Below are positions 1-8,424 of a DNA stretch of 64,000 nucleotides, in pieces. The translations under genes and the position numbers were made by a program. The first letter of the stretch is position 1; each line of letters begins with the position of its first letter. The notes under the pieces were generated by a model that did not search any database, was not told the DNA's origin, and saw only the letters and a program-made list of their open reading frames with translations. This DNA comes from Candidatus Daviesbacteria bacterium (GTDB lineage Bacteria; Patescibacteriota; Microgenomatia; Daviesbacterales; UBA10151). The stretch lies in NCBI GenBank assembly GCA_016176405.1, contig JACOXG010000012.1:2217-66216 (forward strand). The letters are read 5' to 3'.

Positions 1-3000
1 ATTTGTGATAAATGTGGAGTGGAAGTAACTCAATCCAAGGTGAGAAGGGAGCGGATGGGACACATTAATTTGGCCTCCCCAGTTGCTCATTCTTGGTTTG
101 TTAAGGGTGCTCCTTCAAAGTTATCCTTAATTTTGGATATTTCTCCTAAAAATTTGGAATCAGTGGTTTATTTTGCCTCTTACTTGATAACTGGTATAGA
201 TTCAGAGGGTAAAACAGCTGCCTTAAATAAATTAGAGGAAGATTTAAAGGAAAAGGTTAAAGAATTGGAAAAAGAATTGGATAAAAATATTAAAGGTATG
301 GAAGTACTTGTTAAAAAAGATCTTTCCCAGTTGAAAAAACGCACTAATAAAGAAAGTTTTGAATTGGAGGCAGCTGAGGTAGAACTGAAAAACAGACAGG
401 AGATACAAAAATTAAGAGATAATTTGGTGGTGGAGCAAGGTCAGCTGGAGGGTATTTTTAAGGTAGTATCTGAGCTGGTTAAGGCCACCGTGCCCTCAAA
501 GCTTTTATCAGAAGAAGAATATTCTAAGTTATCAGAGTATGGAGTTTCCGATTTTGTGACAGTGGACATGGGAGCAGAGGCCCTCTTGGAGGTTTTACAG
601 AAGTTGGATTTGGATAAGTTATCTGCTAGCTTAAGAGATGAGGTTCGCAAATCATCTGGCCAAAAACATATAAAGGCCACCAAAAGACTGAGAGTAATAG
701 AGGGGATGCGCTCTGCTGGGATCTCTCCCCAATGGCTGATTATGCGAATTTTGCCGGTGATTCCACCTGACCTTCGGCCAATGGTGCAGCTGCCAGGAGG
801 AAGATTTGCCACCTCTGATTTGAATGATTTATACAGAAGAGTAATCAACAGAAACAACCGCTTAAATAGACTAATTAATTTAGGAGCCCCAGAGATAATT
901 TTAAGAAATGAAAAAAGAATGTTACAGGAAGCTGTTGATGCTTTGATTGATACTTCATCACGCTCTTCAAGACGTGGTGGACCGGTAGTTTCTCATATGC
1001 TCAGATCTTTATCTGATATGTTGCGGGGGAAACAAGGAAGATTTAGACAGAATCTTTTGGGAAAAAGGGTTGATTATTCAGGTAGATCAGTGATTGTGGT
1101 TGGTCCAAATTTAAGATTGGATCAGGTCGGTTTGCCTAAGGAGATGGCGTTGGAAATGTTTAAACCATTTGTTTTGCGGGAAATGATTGCCAGGGGTTTA
1201 GCCTCCAATGTTAAAGGAGCCAAAAATGTTTTGGAAATGAGGCCTTCTGAGGTGTGGGATATTTTGGAAGAGATTATTACCGGCCACCCGATTTTGATTA
1301 ATCGAGCACCAACTCTTCATAGATTGGGTATTCAGGCTTTCTTCCCAGTTTTAGTTGATGGTAATGCTATCCAAATTCATCCTTGTATTTGTGCAGGTTT
1401 TAATGCTGATTTTGATGGAGATCAGATGGCAGTTCATGTACCCTTATCTCAAACTGCTCAAGATGAGGCCAAAAAATTGATGATGGCTCAGGAAAATATC
1501 TTTGGACCTGCCAATGCTCAACCAATTACTGTGCCAAATAGGGAAATGGCCTTAGGTTGTTATTATCTGACCCAGATTTTTGAATCTGACGAAAATATTA
1601 AATTTTTTATCAGTGAGGATGAGGCAATTATTGCTTTCAAGATTGGAAAGGTAGGTTTGCAGCAAAAAATTAAAATAAAAATAAATGGAGAAATTTTGGA
1701 AACAACTGTTGGTAGGATTATCTTCAATCAAGTTTTACCTGCGCAGTTGAGATTTATTAATAACCCCATCAAAGGTTTGACCATTAGAGACATTATTTTA
1801 AAAGCTTGTGAAATTTTAGATAAAGATCAGGTTACCAAGCTTGTTGATGATATAAAAACCATCGGTTTTTGGGGAGCAACCATGGCGGGTATTTCCATCT
1901 CCATTTTTGATGCCAAAATTGTGCCTGATAAGCAAAAATATCTGGATGAAGCAGAAAAAGAGATTCAAAAGATTGAATCTAATATGAATAAAGGCTTGAT
2001 TACTCCGCAAGAAAAATCACAGCTTTCACAGATGGTTTGGATTAAAACTACTGAAGATTTAGCCAACGCTACCTGGGATTATTTGGGAGTTGATAACCCC
2101 ATCAGAATGATGGTGGAGGCAGGAGCAAGAGGATCTCGGGATCAAGCTAAGCAACTATCTGCCATGAGAGGACTATCCACAGATCCAACTGGAAAAATCG
2201 TGGAACTACCTACCAAATCAAATTATCGCCAAGGTTTATCTGTTTTTGAATACTTTACTTCAGCCCGGGGAGCTCGTAAGGGTGTGGCTGATAAAGCCTT
2301 AAAAACTGCCGACGCTGGATACTTGACTAGAAGACTGGTTGATGTAGCTCACGATGTGATCATTAGGATTGAGGATTGTGGGACTAAAGAAAAATTGGAA
2401 TACTCAATTGCCAAAGCCACATTTACCCATGGTAGAGAAAAACTTTTGGGCAGAATGGTAAGTGATAATATTTTAGATCCTAATAGTAGAAAGGTAATTG
2501 TTAAATCTGGCGCCATTTTGATGGAGGAAGAGGTTGAAGATTTGATCAAAGCAGGGGTAGACACTGTCAAAGCCCGTTCTCCTCTTACTTGTGAGGCTAA
2601 GTTTGGTATTTGTGCTAGCTGTTACGGAGCAGATTTAACCACCAGACAGTTAGTGGAAATCGGTACACCTGTTGGAGTGGTAGCTGCTCAGGCCATTGGT
2701 GAACCAGGCACACAACTGACCATGAGAACTTTCCATACAGGAGGAATTGTGGGATTGGATATTACCCAAGGTTTGCCTAGAGTGGAGGAATTATTTGAAG
2801 TGAGAACTCCCAAGATAGTGGCACCTGTTTCAGAGATTGCTGGTAAAGTAGCTATTTTAGAAACTGAAACGGGAGTAAGGGTCAGAGTGAGAACAACTCA
2901 AAAACCTCATGAGGAAAGAGAATATCTGATCCCTGCCACCTCTCAGCTTTTGGTGGAAGAAGATCAGTTGATTGATGCAGGTACAGTTTTAGCCTCAGGT

Positions 3001-3468
3001 CATATCGACATCAAAGAAATTTTAAGAGTACAGGGATTAAAAGCTGCGCAGCGCTATATTGTGGATGAGGTTAGAACAATTTATGAGTCTCAGGGTGTAC
3101 CTATTAATGAGAAACATTTTGAGGTGATTGTTAGAAAAATGTCTGATAAAGTTAGGATTGAGACACAAGGAGATACTAATCTTTTACCAGGAGAGGTAGT
3201 TGATAAGATTCGTTTTGAAGAAGAAAATTTGCGAGTTTTAGCTTCAGGTGGGGAACCTTCCACTGCTGAGGTGGTAATTTTGGGAATTACTAGGGCCTCA
3301 CTTTTGACTGAAAGCTTCTTATCTGCTGCATCATTTCAGGAAACAACAACAGTATTATCTGATGCTGCCATCTCAGGTAAAGTGGATAGGTTGTTAGGAC
3401 TTAAAGAAAATGTTATTATTGGACGTCTGATACCCACTAGCAGTGAAAGGGCTAAGGTAGAATCATAA
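1..3468 (+). CDS. rpoC: DNA-directed RNA polymerase subunit beta' (5'-truncated by the window edge)
   Basis: Frame is open from nt 1 (ICDKCGVEV... N-terminal zinc-binding region). Motifs NADFDGDQM, GxKQGRFRQNLLGKRVDYSGRSVIVVGP and SFQETT tail are present. Length and order match rpoC followed by rpsL. Confidence 0.95.
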   Translation: MCDKCGVEVTQSKVRRERMGHINLASPVAHSWFVKGAPSKLSLILDISPKNLESVVYFASYLITGIDSEGKTAALNKLEEDLKEKVKELEKELDKNIKGMEVLVKKDLSQLKKRTNKESFELEAAEVELKNRQEIQKLRDNLVVEQGQLEGIFKVVSELVKATVPSKLLSEEEYSKLSEYGVSDFVTVDMGAEALLEVLQKLDLDKLSASLRDEVRKSSGQKHIKATKRLRVIEGMRSAGISPQWLIMRILPVIPPDLRPMVQLPGGRFATSDLNDLYRRVINRNNRLNRLINLGAPEIILRNEKRMLQEAVDALIDTSSRSSRRGGPVVSHMLRSLSDMLRGKQGRFRQNLLGKRVDYSGRSVIVVGPNLRLDQVGLPKEMALEMFKPFVLREMIARGLASNVKGAKNVLEMRPSEVWDILEEIITGHPILINRAPTLHRLGIQAFFPVLVDGNAIQIHPCICAGFNADFDGDQMAVHVPLSQTAQDEAKKLMMAQENIFGPANAQPITVPNREMALGCYYLTQIFESDENIKFFISEDEAIIAFKIGKVGLQQKIKIKINGEILETTVGRIIFNQVLPAQLRFINNPIKGLTIRDIILKACEILDKDQVTKLVDDIKTIGFWGATMAGISISIFDAKIVPDKQKYLDEAEKEIQKIESNMNKGLITPQEKSQLSQMVWIKTTEDLANATWDYLGVDNPIRMMVEAGARGSRDQAKQLSAMRGLSTDPTGKIVELPTKSNYRQGLSVFEYFTSARGARKGVADKALKTADAGYLTRRLVDVAHDVIIRIEDCGTKEKLEYSIAKATFTHGREKLLGRMVSDNILDPNSRKVIVKSGAILMEEEVEDLIKAGVDTVKARSPLTCEAKFGICASCYGADLTTRQLVEIGTPVGVVAAQAIGEPGTQLTMRTFHTGGIVGLDITQGLPRVEELFEVRTPKIVAPVSEIAGKVAILETETGVRVRVRTTQKPHEEREYLIPATSQLLVEEDQLIDAGTVLASGHIDIKEILRVQGLKAAQRYIVDEVRTIYESQGVPINEKHFEVIVRKMSDKVRIETQGDTNLLPGEVVDKIRFEEENLRVLASGGEPSTAEVVILGITRASLLTESFLSAASFQETTTVLSDAAISGKVDRLLGLKENVIIGRLIPTSSERAKVES

Positions 3469-3592
3469 AATTCGAATTTCGAATATCGAAGCTCTAAACA
3501 AATTCAAAATTCGAATGTTTAAAATTTTGAAAATTTGAATTTAGATATTGTTTCGGATTTCTTATTTCGAATTTACGACTGAAAAGGAGTAT

Positions 3593-4060
3593 ATGCCAAC
3601 CATTAACCAATTAGTCAGAAAAGGCAGAAAAAAGATCTATAAAAAAGTTAAAGCAACTGCCTTAAGAAGGAGCTTTAATGCTAAAGATCGAAGATACACT
3701 CTTGAGTTTAATCCCCAAAAGCGGGGAGTGGTCACTTTGGTTAAAACCATGACCCCCAAAAAACCTAATTCAGCTTTAAGAAAAGTAGCCAGAGTCAGAT
3801 TATCTAACAAAACTGAGGTGACTGCTTATATTCAAGGTGAAGGTCATAATTTGGCAGAACACGGCATAGTTTTGGTCAGAGGTGGTAGAGTTAAAGATTT
3901 ACCAGGTGTAAAATATCATCTGATTAGGGGTAAGCTTGATTTGGAAGGAGTGGTGGGTAGGAAAAAGGGCAGATCAAGATATGGTACTAAAGCAGGCGGA
4001 CCTGCAGCCGTACCAAGACCAGTGGCTCAACCTGCTCCAGCTCCGGAGGCAGCGTCATAG
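3593..4060 (+). CDS. rpsL: 30S ribosomal protein S12, with a ~20-aa Pro/Ala-rich C-terminal extension
   Basis: [12 protein letters not shown]...[19 protein letters not shown] is canonical S12. The ATG at 3593 sits 5 nt after a GAAAAGGAG SD. The upstream TTG at 3548 was rejected. The tail [20 protein letters not shown] is atypical. Confidence 0.9.
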   Translation: MPTINQLVRKGRKKIYKKVKATALRRSFNAKDRRYTLEFNPQKRGVVTLVKTMTPKKPNSALRKVARVRLSNKTEVTAYIQGEGHNLAEHGIVLVRGGRVKDLPGVKYHLIRGKLDLEGVVGRKKGRSRYGTKAGGPAAVPRPVAQPAPAPEAAS

Positions 4061-4061
4061 T

Positions 4062-4535
4062 ATGCGTAGTGGTAAAGTAGAAAAAAAGGTACTTCCTTTG
4101 GACCCAATTTATAATTCCAGATTGGTCACTAGAGTAATTAATAAAGTGATGAGGGATGGTAAAAGGAGTATTGCTCAAAAATTAGTTTATATGGTTTTGG
4201 AGCAAATCAAGCAAACTAAACAAGATCCCATTGCTGTTTTGGAAAAAGCTATTTTGAATGTTTCCCCTAAAATGGAGGTCAGACCAAGAAGGGTGGGAGG
4301 AGCATCTTATCAGGTGCCATCTGAGGTGAGAGGTGATAGGAAAGAAGCTTTGGCTATTAGGTGGATTTTGGAGGGAGCCAAAAAAAGAGCCAATAGAGAG
4401 TTTCATACTTTTGATAAAAAGTTAATGGCAGAATTACTAGATGCAGCAAATAATACAGGAGCAGCTATCAAAAGAAGAGATGATATGCAAAAAGTAGCAA
4501 ATGCTAACCGTGCATTCAGTCATTTCCGCTGGTAA
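4062..4535 (+). CDS. rpsG: 30S ribosomal protein S7
   Basis: MRSGKVEKKVLPLDPIYNSRLVTRVINKVMRDGKRSIAQKLVY matches the S7 N-terminus. The ATG lies 1 nt after the rpsL stop. The longer ORF starting at 3936 overlaps rpsL in another frame and was rejected. Confidence 0.9.
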   Translation: MRSGKVEKKVLPLDPIYNSRLVTRVINKVMRDGKRSIAQKLVYMVLEQIKQTKQDPIAVLEKAILNVSPKMEVRPRRVGGASYQVPSEVRGDRKEALAIRWILEGAKKRANREFHTFDKKLMAELLDAANNTGAAIKRRDDMQKVANANRAFSHFRW

Positions 4536-4555
4536 ATCTTTGGTAAGATATAATC

Positions 4556-4798
4556 ATGATTTCTGATATTGTAGGTTGGATTGGGGCTGGTTTAGTAATT
4601 TCAGCTTATTTTTTAGTATCAACCAAAAAGCTCCCCCCCATCTCTGTGACTTATCAGCTTATGAATTTATTTGGTGCGTTAGGAGTGGGAATTAATGTTT
4701 TGGTGCAGGAAGCTTATCCTTCCTTGGCAATTCAAATACTTTGGGCAATGATAGCAGTATATGGTTTGTATAAAGCCTTCAAAACACGGACTTCTTGA
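4556..4798 (+). CDS. small hypothetical membrane protein (2-3 predicted TM helices)
   Basis: 80-aa ORF with hydrophobic segments (IVGWIGAGLVISAYFLV; LFGALGVGINVLV; AIQILWAMIAVYGLY). It is inserted between rpsG and fusA, where these genes are normally adjacent. Confidence 0.45.
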   Translation: MISDIVGWIGAGLVISAYFLVSTKKLPPISVTYQLMNLFGALGVGINVLVQEAYPSLAIQILWAMIAVYGLYKAFKTRTS

Positions 4799-4826
4799 CA
4801 GTACAACACTGTGCCACTATCATTTA

Positions 4827-4844
4827 AAATGATTCAAATCATTT
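4827..4844. promoter_or_regulatory. 18-bp inverted repeat AAATGATT-ca-AATCATTT (candidate operator), copy 1, overlapping the start codon of the YerC-like gene
   Basis: Two perfect 8-bp arms with a 2-bp spacer. The identical 28-mer ttaaaatgattcaaatcatttaaacaaa recurs at 5301-5328. Confidence 0.5.
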
Positions 4845-4850
4845 AAACAA

Positions 4851-5300
4851 ATGACACAGGTCTCAAGATACCCAATTTCCAAAGAGGTTTATGAAAGATG
4901 CTGGGAAATATTTGTAAAGACTTTAATAGGGATTCACAATGTCAAAGATGCTGAGATAGTTATTAATGATTTGCTAACCCCTACCGAACGGATCATGTTA
5001 GTAAAAAGATTAGCAACAGCATTACTTTTAATGCAGGGATATGAATATCGAGAAATTAGCAAAGTTTTAAGAGTCAGTCTGCCAACCATATCCGCAGTTA
5101 ACAGATCTTTAAGATATGGCAGTAATGGTTACAATAAAGCACTTTCTAAAATCTTAAAAGATGAACAGTTTGCAGAATTTCTTAATAAAATGATCCAAGG
5201 CATAATTGCTCTGCCAGCTCGAGGGGGGATAGGCTCGGGAACGTATAGGTATCTTAGACAAGAACTCCAGAAAAGGTCAAAAGACAGAAAAGCCTTCTAG
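4851..5300 (+). CDS. YerC/YecD (TrpR-like) family HTH DNA-binding protein
   Basis: LLTPTERIMLVKRLATALLLMQGYEYREISKVLRVSLPTISAVNRSL matches the Trp-repressor-like YerC family signature. The gene is bracketed by identical 28-bp repeats at 4824-4851 and 5301-5328. Confidence 0.6.
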   Translation: MTQVSRYPISKEVYERCWEIFVKTLIGIHNVKDAEIVINDLLTPTERIMLVKRLATALLLMQGYEYREISKVLRVSLPTISAVNRSLRYGSNGYNKALSKILKDEQFAEFLNKMIQGIIALPARGGIGSGTYRYLRQELQKRSKDRKAF

Positions 5301-5303
5301 TTA

Positions 5304-5321
5304 AAATGATTCAAATCATTT
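5304..5321. promoter_or_regulatory. 18-bp inverted repeat AAATGATT-ca-AATCATTT (candidate operator), copy 2, upstream of the histidine-phosphatase gene
   Basis: Identical to copy 1. It lies immediately after the YerC-like stop codon and 17 nt before the next ATG. Confidence 0.5.
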
Positions 5322-5338
5322 AAACAAAGTGAAAAAAA

Positions 5339-5878
5339 ATGATTGCCATAATATTTGAAGCGCATGGGACTTCTTTTGATAATGAGAATAATCTCTCTTC
5401 TGGACATTTTGATGTAGAACTATCCCCTTTAGGCATTAAACAAGCCAAAGAATTAGGAGAACGCTACAAAAATGAGCATTTTGAGGCTATTTTTGTGTCT
5501 GATTTACAAAGATCATATAAAACTGCAGAAATTGCTTTTGGAAATAAATTTCCTATTAGAAAAGATAAGAGACTTCGAGAATGTGATTACGGGGATTTAA
5601 CCAGACACCCAAGCAGTGAAGTGGAATCACTTAAAGTAAAGCATATTACAAAACCATTTCCAAATGGAGAATCTTATAAAGATTGTTTAAAAAGGATAAA
5701 GGACTTTTTAGATGAGTTAAGACAAAAATACCACGGCCGTGGGAAAAATGTTTTAATTATTGGTCACAGAGCAACTCAATATGGACTAGAACATTGGATA
5801 AATGGAATTGATATAAAAACTTTACTAACCACCCCCTTTAAATGGCAACCAGGTTGGAAGTATGAATTTGACTTTTAG
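5339..5878 (+). CDS. histidine phosphatase superfamily (phosphoglycerate-mutase-like) protein
   Basis: 179 aa. N-terminal IIFEAHGTS resembles the RHG motif, with E where the catalytic R is expected. A later IIGHRATQ histidine is present. Family assignment rests on motif resemblance only. Confidence 0.45.
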   Translation: MIAIIFEAHGTSFDNENNLSSGHFDVELSPLGIKQAKELGERYKNEHFEAIFVSDLQRSYKTAEIAFGNKFPIRKDKRLRECDYGDLTRHPSSEVESLKVKHITKPFPNGESYKDCLKRIKDFLDELRQKYHGRGKNVLIIGHRATQYGLEHWINGIDIKTLLTTPFKWQPGWKYEFDF

Positions 5879-5904
5879 GAGCAAAAAAATTAATATATAC
5901 TTCT

Positions 5905-5932
5905 GGCCTCCCAAATTCGAGGGAGGTTTTTT
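5905..5932 (+). terminator. Rho-independent terminator
   Basis: GGCCTCCC-aaattcga-GGGAGG followed by TTTTTT, directly after the phosphatase gene. Confidence 0.7.
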
Positions 5933-5953
5933 AAATTAAGGTAAAATTTAGAT

Positions 5954-6181
5954 ATGGACAAGAAATTGAGACAGGAAAAACTTAAAATGTGGAAGGAGAA
6001 TTTGGCAAAGCTGGAAAAAGAGCTGGAAGATGTCATGCTTAAAAAAGGAGAAGCAGCTCAGCAGGGAGATTTATCTGAAAATGCAGCCTATACCATGGCT
6101 GGGGAAGATGCAGAAACATATAGGGTACAGATAGAACAGGTGAAGAAAATTATTGGGGATTTAGAGAAAGGAGCAAATTAA
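5954..6181 (+). CDS. stand-alone GreA/GreB N-terminal coiled-coil domain protein (no FKBP-like C-terminal domain)
   Basis: 75 aa. LEKELEDV...GDLSENAAY...IEQVKKIIGDLE matches the GreA N-terminal coiled-coil signature (GDLxENAEY). An AGG-rich sequence lies upstream. The ORF ends after the coiled coil. Confidence 0.5.
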   Translation: MDKKLRQEKLKMWKENLAKLEKELEDVMLKKGEAAQQGDLSENAAYTMAGEDAETYRVQIEQVKKIIGDLEKGAN

Positions 6182-6256
6182 GAGATACGTAATACGTGAT
6201 AAGTGAGATGTTAGAAACTTATCTCATATCACATATCTCGTATCACAATTATCACC

Positions 6257-8368
6257 ATGGCAGTACTTAAGACTAAAAGAGACTTTCCCTTAGATAGAAT
6301 CCGCAACATGGGCATTATTGCTCACATTGATGCTGGAAAAACTACCACTACTGAGAGAATCCTTTTTTACACAGGTAGAACCTATAAAATTGGAGATATT
6401 GATGAGGGCACAACAGTCACAGATTGGATGGAGCAGGAAAGAGAAAGAGGAATTACTATTGTTTCTGCAGCCATTACCACTTTTTGGAAAGATACCAGAA
6501 TTAATTTGATTGATACCCCAGGTCATGTTGATTTTACAGCTGAGGTAGAAAGAAGTTTGCGTGTTTTGGATGGAGGAGTGATTGTTTTAGATGCCTCATC
6601 AGGAGTCCAATCTCAAACAGAAACTGTGTGGAGACAGGCCAATAAATATAAAGTACCACTTATTGCTTTTGCCAATAAAATGGATGTGGTAGGGGCAGAT
6701 TTTATGGGCACAATTAAATCTGCCAGGGATAAACTTGGTGCTAATGCTTTGGCCTATAACCTGCCTATTGGTAAAGAGAATGATTTTAAAGGAGTTGTAG
6801 ACCTTTTAACCCAGAAAGCTTTTATTTGGGAAGGGGATGAAACAGGAGCTAAATTTAGTGAGATAGAGATCCCCTCAGATATGGCTTCGCAAGTAAAAGA
6901 AGCCAGGGAAAAATTGGTTGAGGAAATTTCTGGCACAGATGATCAATTAATGGAAAAATTCTTGGGTGGACAGGAAATTTCCATAGAAGAGCTTAAAAAG
7001 GCTTTAAGAAAAGCAGTGATTGAGAATAAAATTGTGCCTGTTTTAGCAGGATCCTCTTTAAGAAATAAAGGTGTTCAACCAATGTTAGATTGCGTGGTGG
7101 AATATTTACCATCGCCTCAAGATATTGCTGAGGTAGTTGGCCAAAACCCTAAGACTTCTGAGCAAGAAACAAGAAAGGCTGATCCGGCTGCATCTTTGGC
7201 TGCCCTTTCTTTTAAAATTCAAGTTGATCCACATGTGGGAAAACTAACCTATATCAGAGTTTATTCAGGAACATTAAAGAGTGGTTCCTATGTTTACAAT
7301 GCCACCAAACAAATTAAAGAAAGAGTGGGCAGACTACTTTTAATGCATGCCAATGATAGGGAGGAAATTGAGGAGGCTTTTGCTGGTGAGATTGTGGCAG
7401 CAGTAGGTTTGAAAGATACTGTTACTGGGGACACTCTCTGTGATGAAAATGCGCCAATTATTTTGGAATCTATTACTTTTCCTGATCCGGTGATTTCTTT
7501 AGCCATTGAACCCAAAACAAAATCTGATCAGGAAAAATTGGGTTATGCTTTAAATAGATTATCTGAGGAAGATCCGACTTTTAGAGTCAAATCTGATGCC
7601 GAGACTGGGCAAACAATCATTGCTGGCATGGGTGAGCTGCAATTGGAAATTTTGGTGGAGCGGATGAGAAGAGAATTTAAGGTGGAGGCCAATGTTGGTC
7701 AACCCCAGGTGGCTTATAAAGAAACCATTACCCAAAATGCAGAGGGTGAAGGTAAATATATCAGACAGACTGGGGGAAGAGGACAATATGGTCACTGTTT
7801 GCTTCGAATTGAACCTTTACCTCGGGGACAGGGAAGAGAATTTGTCTCAGAAGTGGTTGGCGGTGCTATTCCCAGAGAATTTATTCCTCCAATTGAAAAA
7901 GGAGTGATTGAAAAAGAAGATACGGGAATTTTGGCTGGATATCCGGTGACTGATATAAAAGTAGTAGTTTATGATGGTTCTTTCCATGATGTTGATTCAT
8001 CAGAAATTGCTTTCAAAATTGCTGCTTCTTTAGGTTTATCAGAGGCTGCTAAAAAAGCAGAGTTAATACTTCTTGAGCCTATTATGAAGGTGGAGGTGAC
8101 TACTCCTGAGGATTTTATGGGAGATATTATTGGAGATTTGTCCTCAAAAAGGGCTCAGATTTTAGGGACAGAAAAAAGAGGAAATTACACAGTCATTTTA
8201 GCTTTAGTACCCTTGGCAGAAATGCATGGATATGCTACAGCTTTAAGATCAATGTCCGAAGGAAGAGCCTCATATTATATGGAAGCAGATCATTATGAAA
8301 CAGTGCCCCAAAATATCACTCAAAAAATAGTTGAGTCCTCAGGCTTTACAGGTAGAGTAGAAAGGTAA
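6257..8368 (+). CDS. fusA: elongation factor G
   Basis: 703 aa. [31 protein letters not shown] GTPase motifs and domains II-V are conserved. Confidence 0.95.
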   Translation: MAVLKTKRDFPLDRIRNMGIIAHIDAGKTTTTERILFYTGRTYKIGDIDEGTTVTDWMEQERERGITIVSAAITTFWKDTRINLIDTPGHVDFTAEVERSLRVLDGGVIVLDASSGVQSQTETVWRQANKYKVPLIAFANKMDVVGADFMGTIKSARDKLGANALAYNLPIGKENDFKGVVDLLTQKAFIWEGDETGAKFSEIEIPSDMASQVKEAREKLVEEISGTDDQLMEKFLGGQEISIEELKKALRKAVIENKIVPVLAGSSLRNKGVQPMLDCVVEYLPSPQDIAEVVGQNPKTSEQETRKADPAASLAALSFKIQVDPHVGKLTYIRVYSGTLKSGSYVYNATKQIKERVGRLLLMHANDREEIEEAFAGEIVAAVGLKDTVTGDTLCDENAPIILESITFPDPVISLAIEPKTKSDQEKLGYALNRLSEEDPTFRVKSDAETGQTIIAGMGELQLEILVERMRREFKVEANVGQPQVAYKETITQNAEGEGKYIRQTGGRGQYGHCLLRIEPLPRGQGREFVSEVVGGAIPREFIPPIEKGVIEKEDTGILAGYPVTDIKVVVYDGSFHDVDSSEIAFKIAASLGLSEAAKKAELILLEPIMKVEVTTPEDFMGDIIGDLSSKRAQILGTEKRGNYTVILALVPLAEMHGYATALRSMSEGRASYYMEADHYETVPQNITQKIVESSGFTGRVER

Positions 8369-8424
8369 GAGTTAACGCTTGCACTTTAACTGCGGCAATT
8401 ACTAAAGTTTTAGCCTCTAAAGGC

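Noticed and set aside
441-857. Antisense ORFs inside rpoC (441-857, 1816-2010, 2349-2570 minus)
   Set aside because: They lie fully inside a strongly supported, highly conserved rpoC reading frame. They have no SD and no recognisable domain, as expected by chance in AT-rich DNA.
3548-3592. Upstream TTG start extending rpsL by 15 codons
   Set aside because: The extension ([15 protein letters not shown]) is not S12-like. An ATG with a GAAAAGGAG SD at the canonical S12 N-terminus (MPTINQ) is a far better start.
3936-4061. Long N-terminal extension of the rpsG ORF overlapping rpsL in another frame
   Set aside because: S7 homology starts at MRSGKVEKK (ATG 4062), 1 nt after the rpsL stop. The upstream part is out-of-frame overlap with rpsL.
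5339-5878. Considered calling the histidine-phosphatase-family gene cobC or gpmA
   Set aside because: Only the fold-level motifs are visible. The first-motif Arg is replaced by Glu (EAHG), so a specific enzymatic assignment is unsupported.
8369-8424. Search for a frameshifted or alternative-start-encoded EF-Tu N-terminus between fusA and tuf
   Set aside because: All three frames were translated. None contains GHVDHGKT or an EF-Tu-like N-terminal segment, so the truncation cannot be rescued by a simple frameshift.
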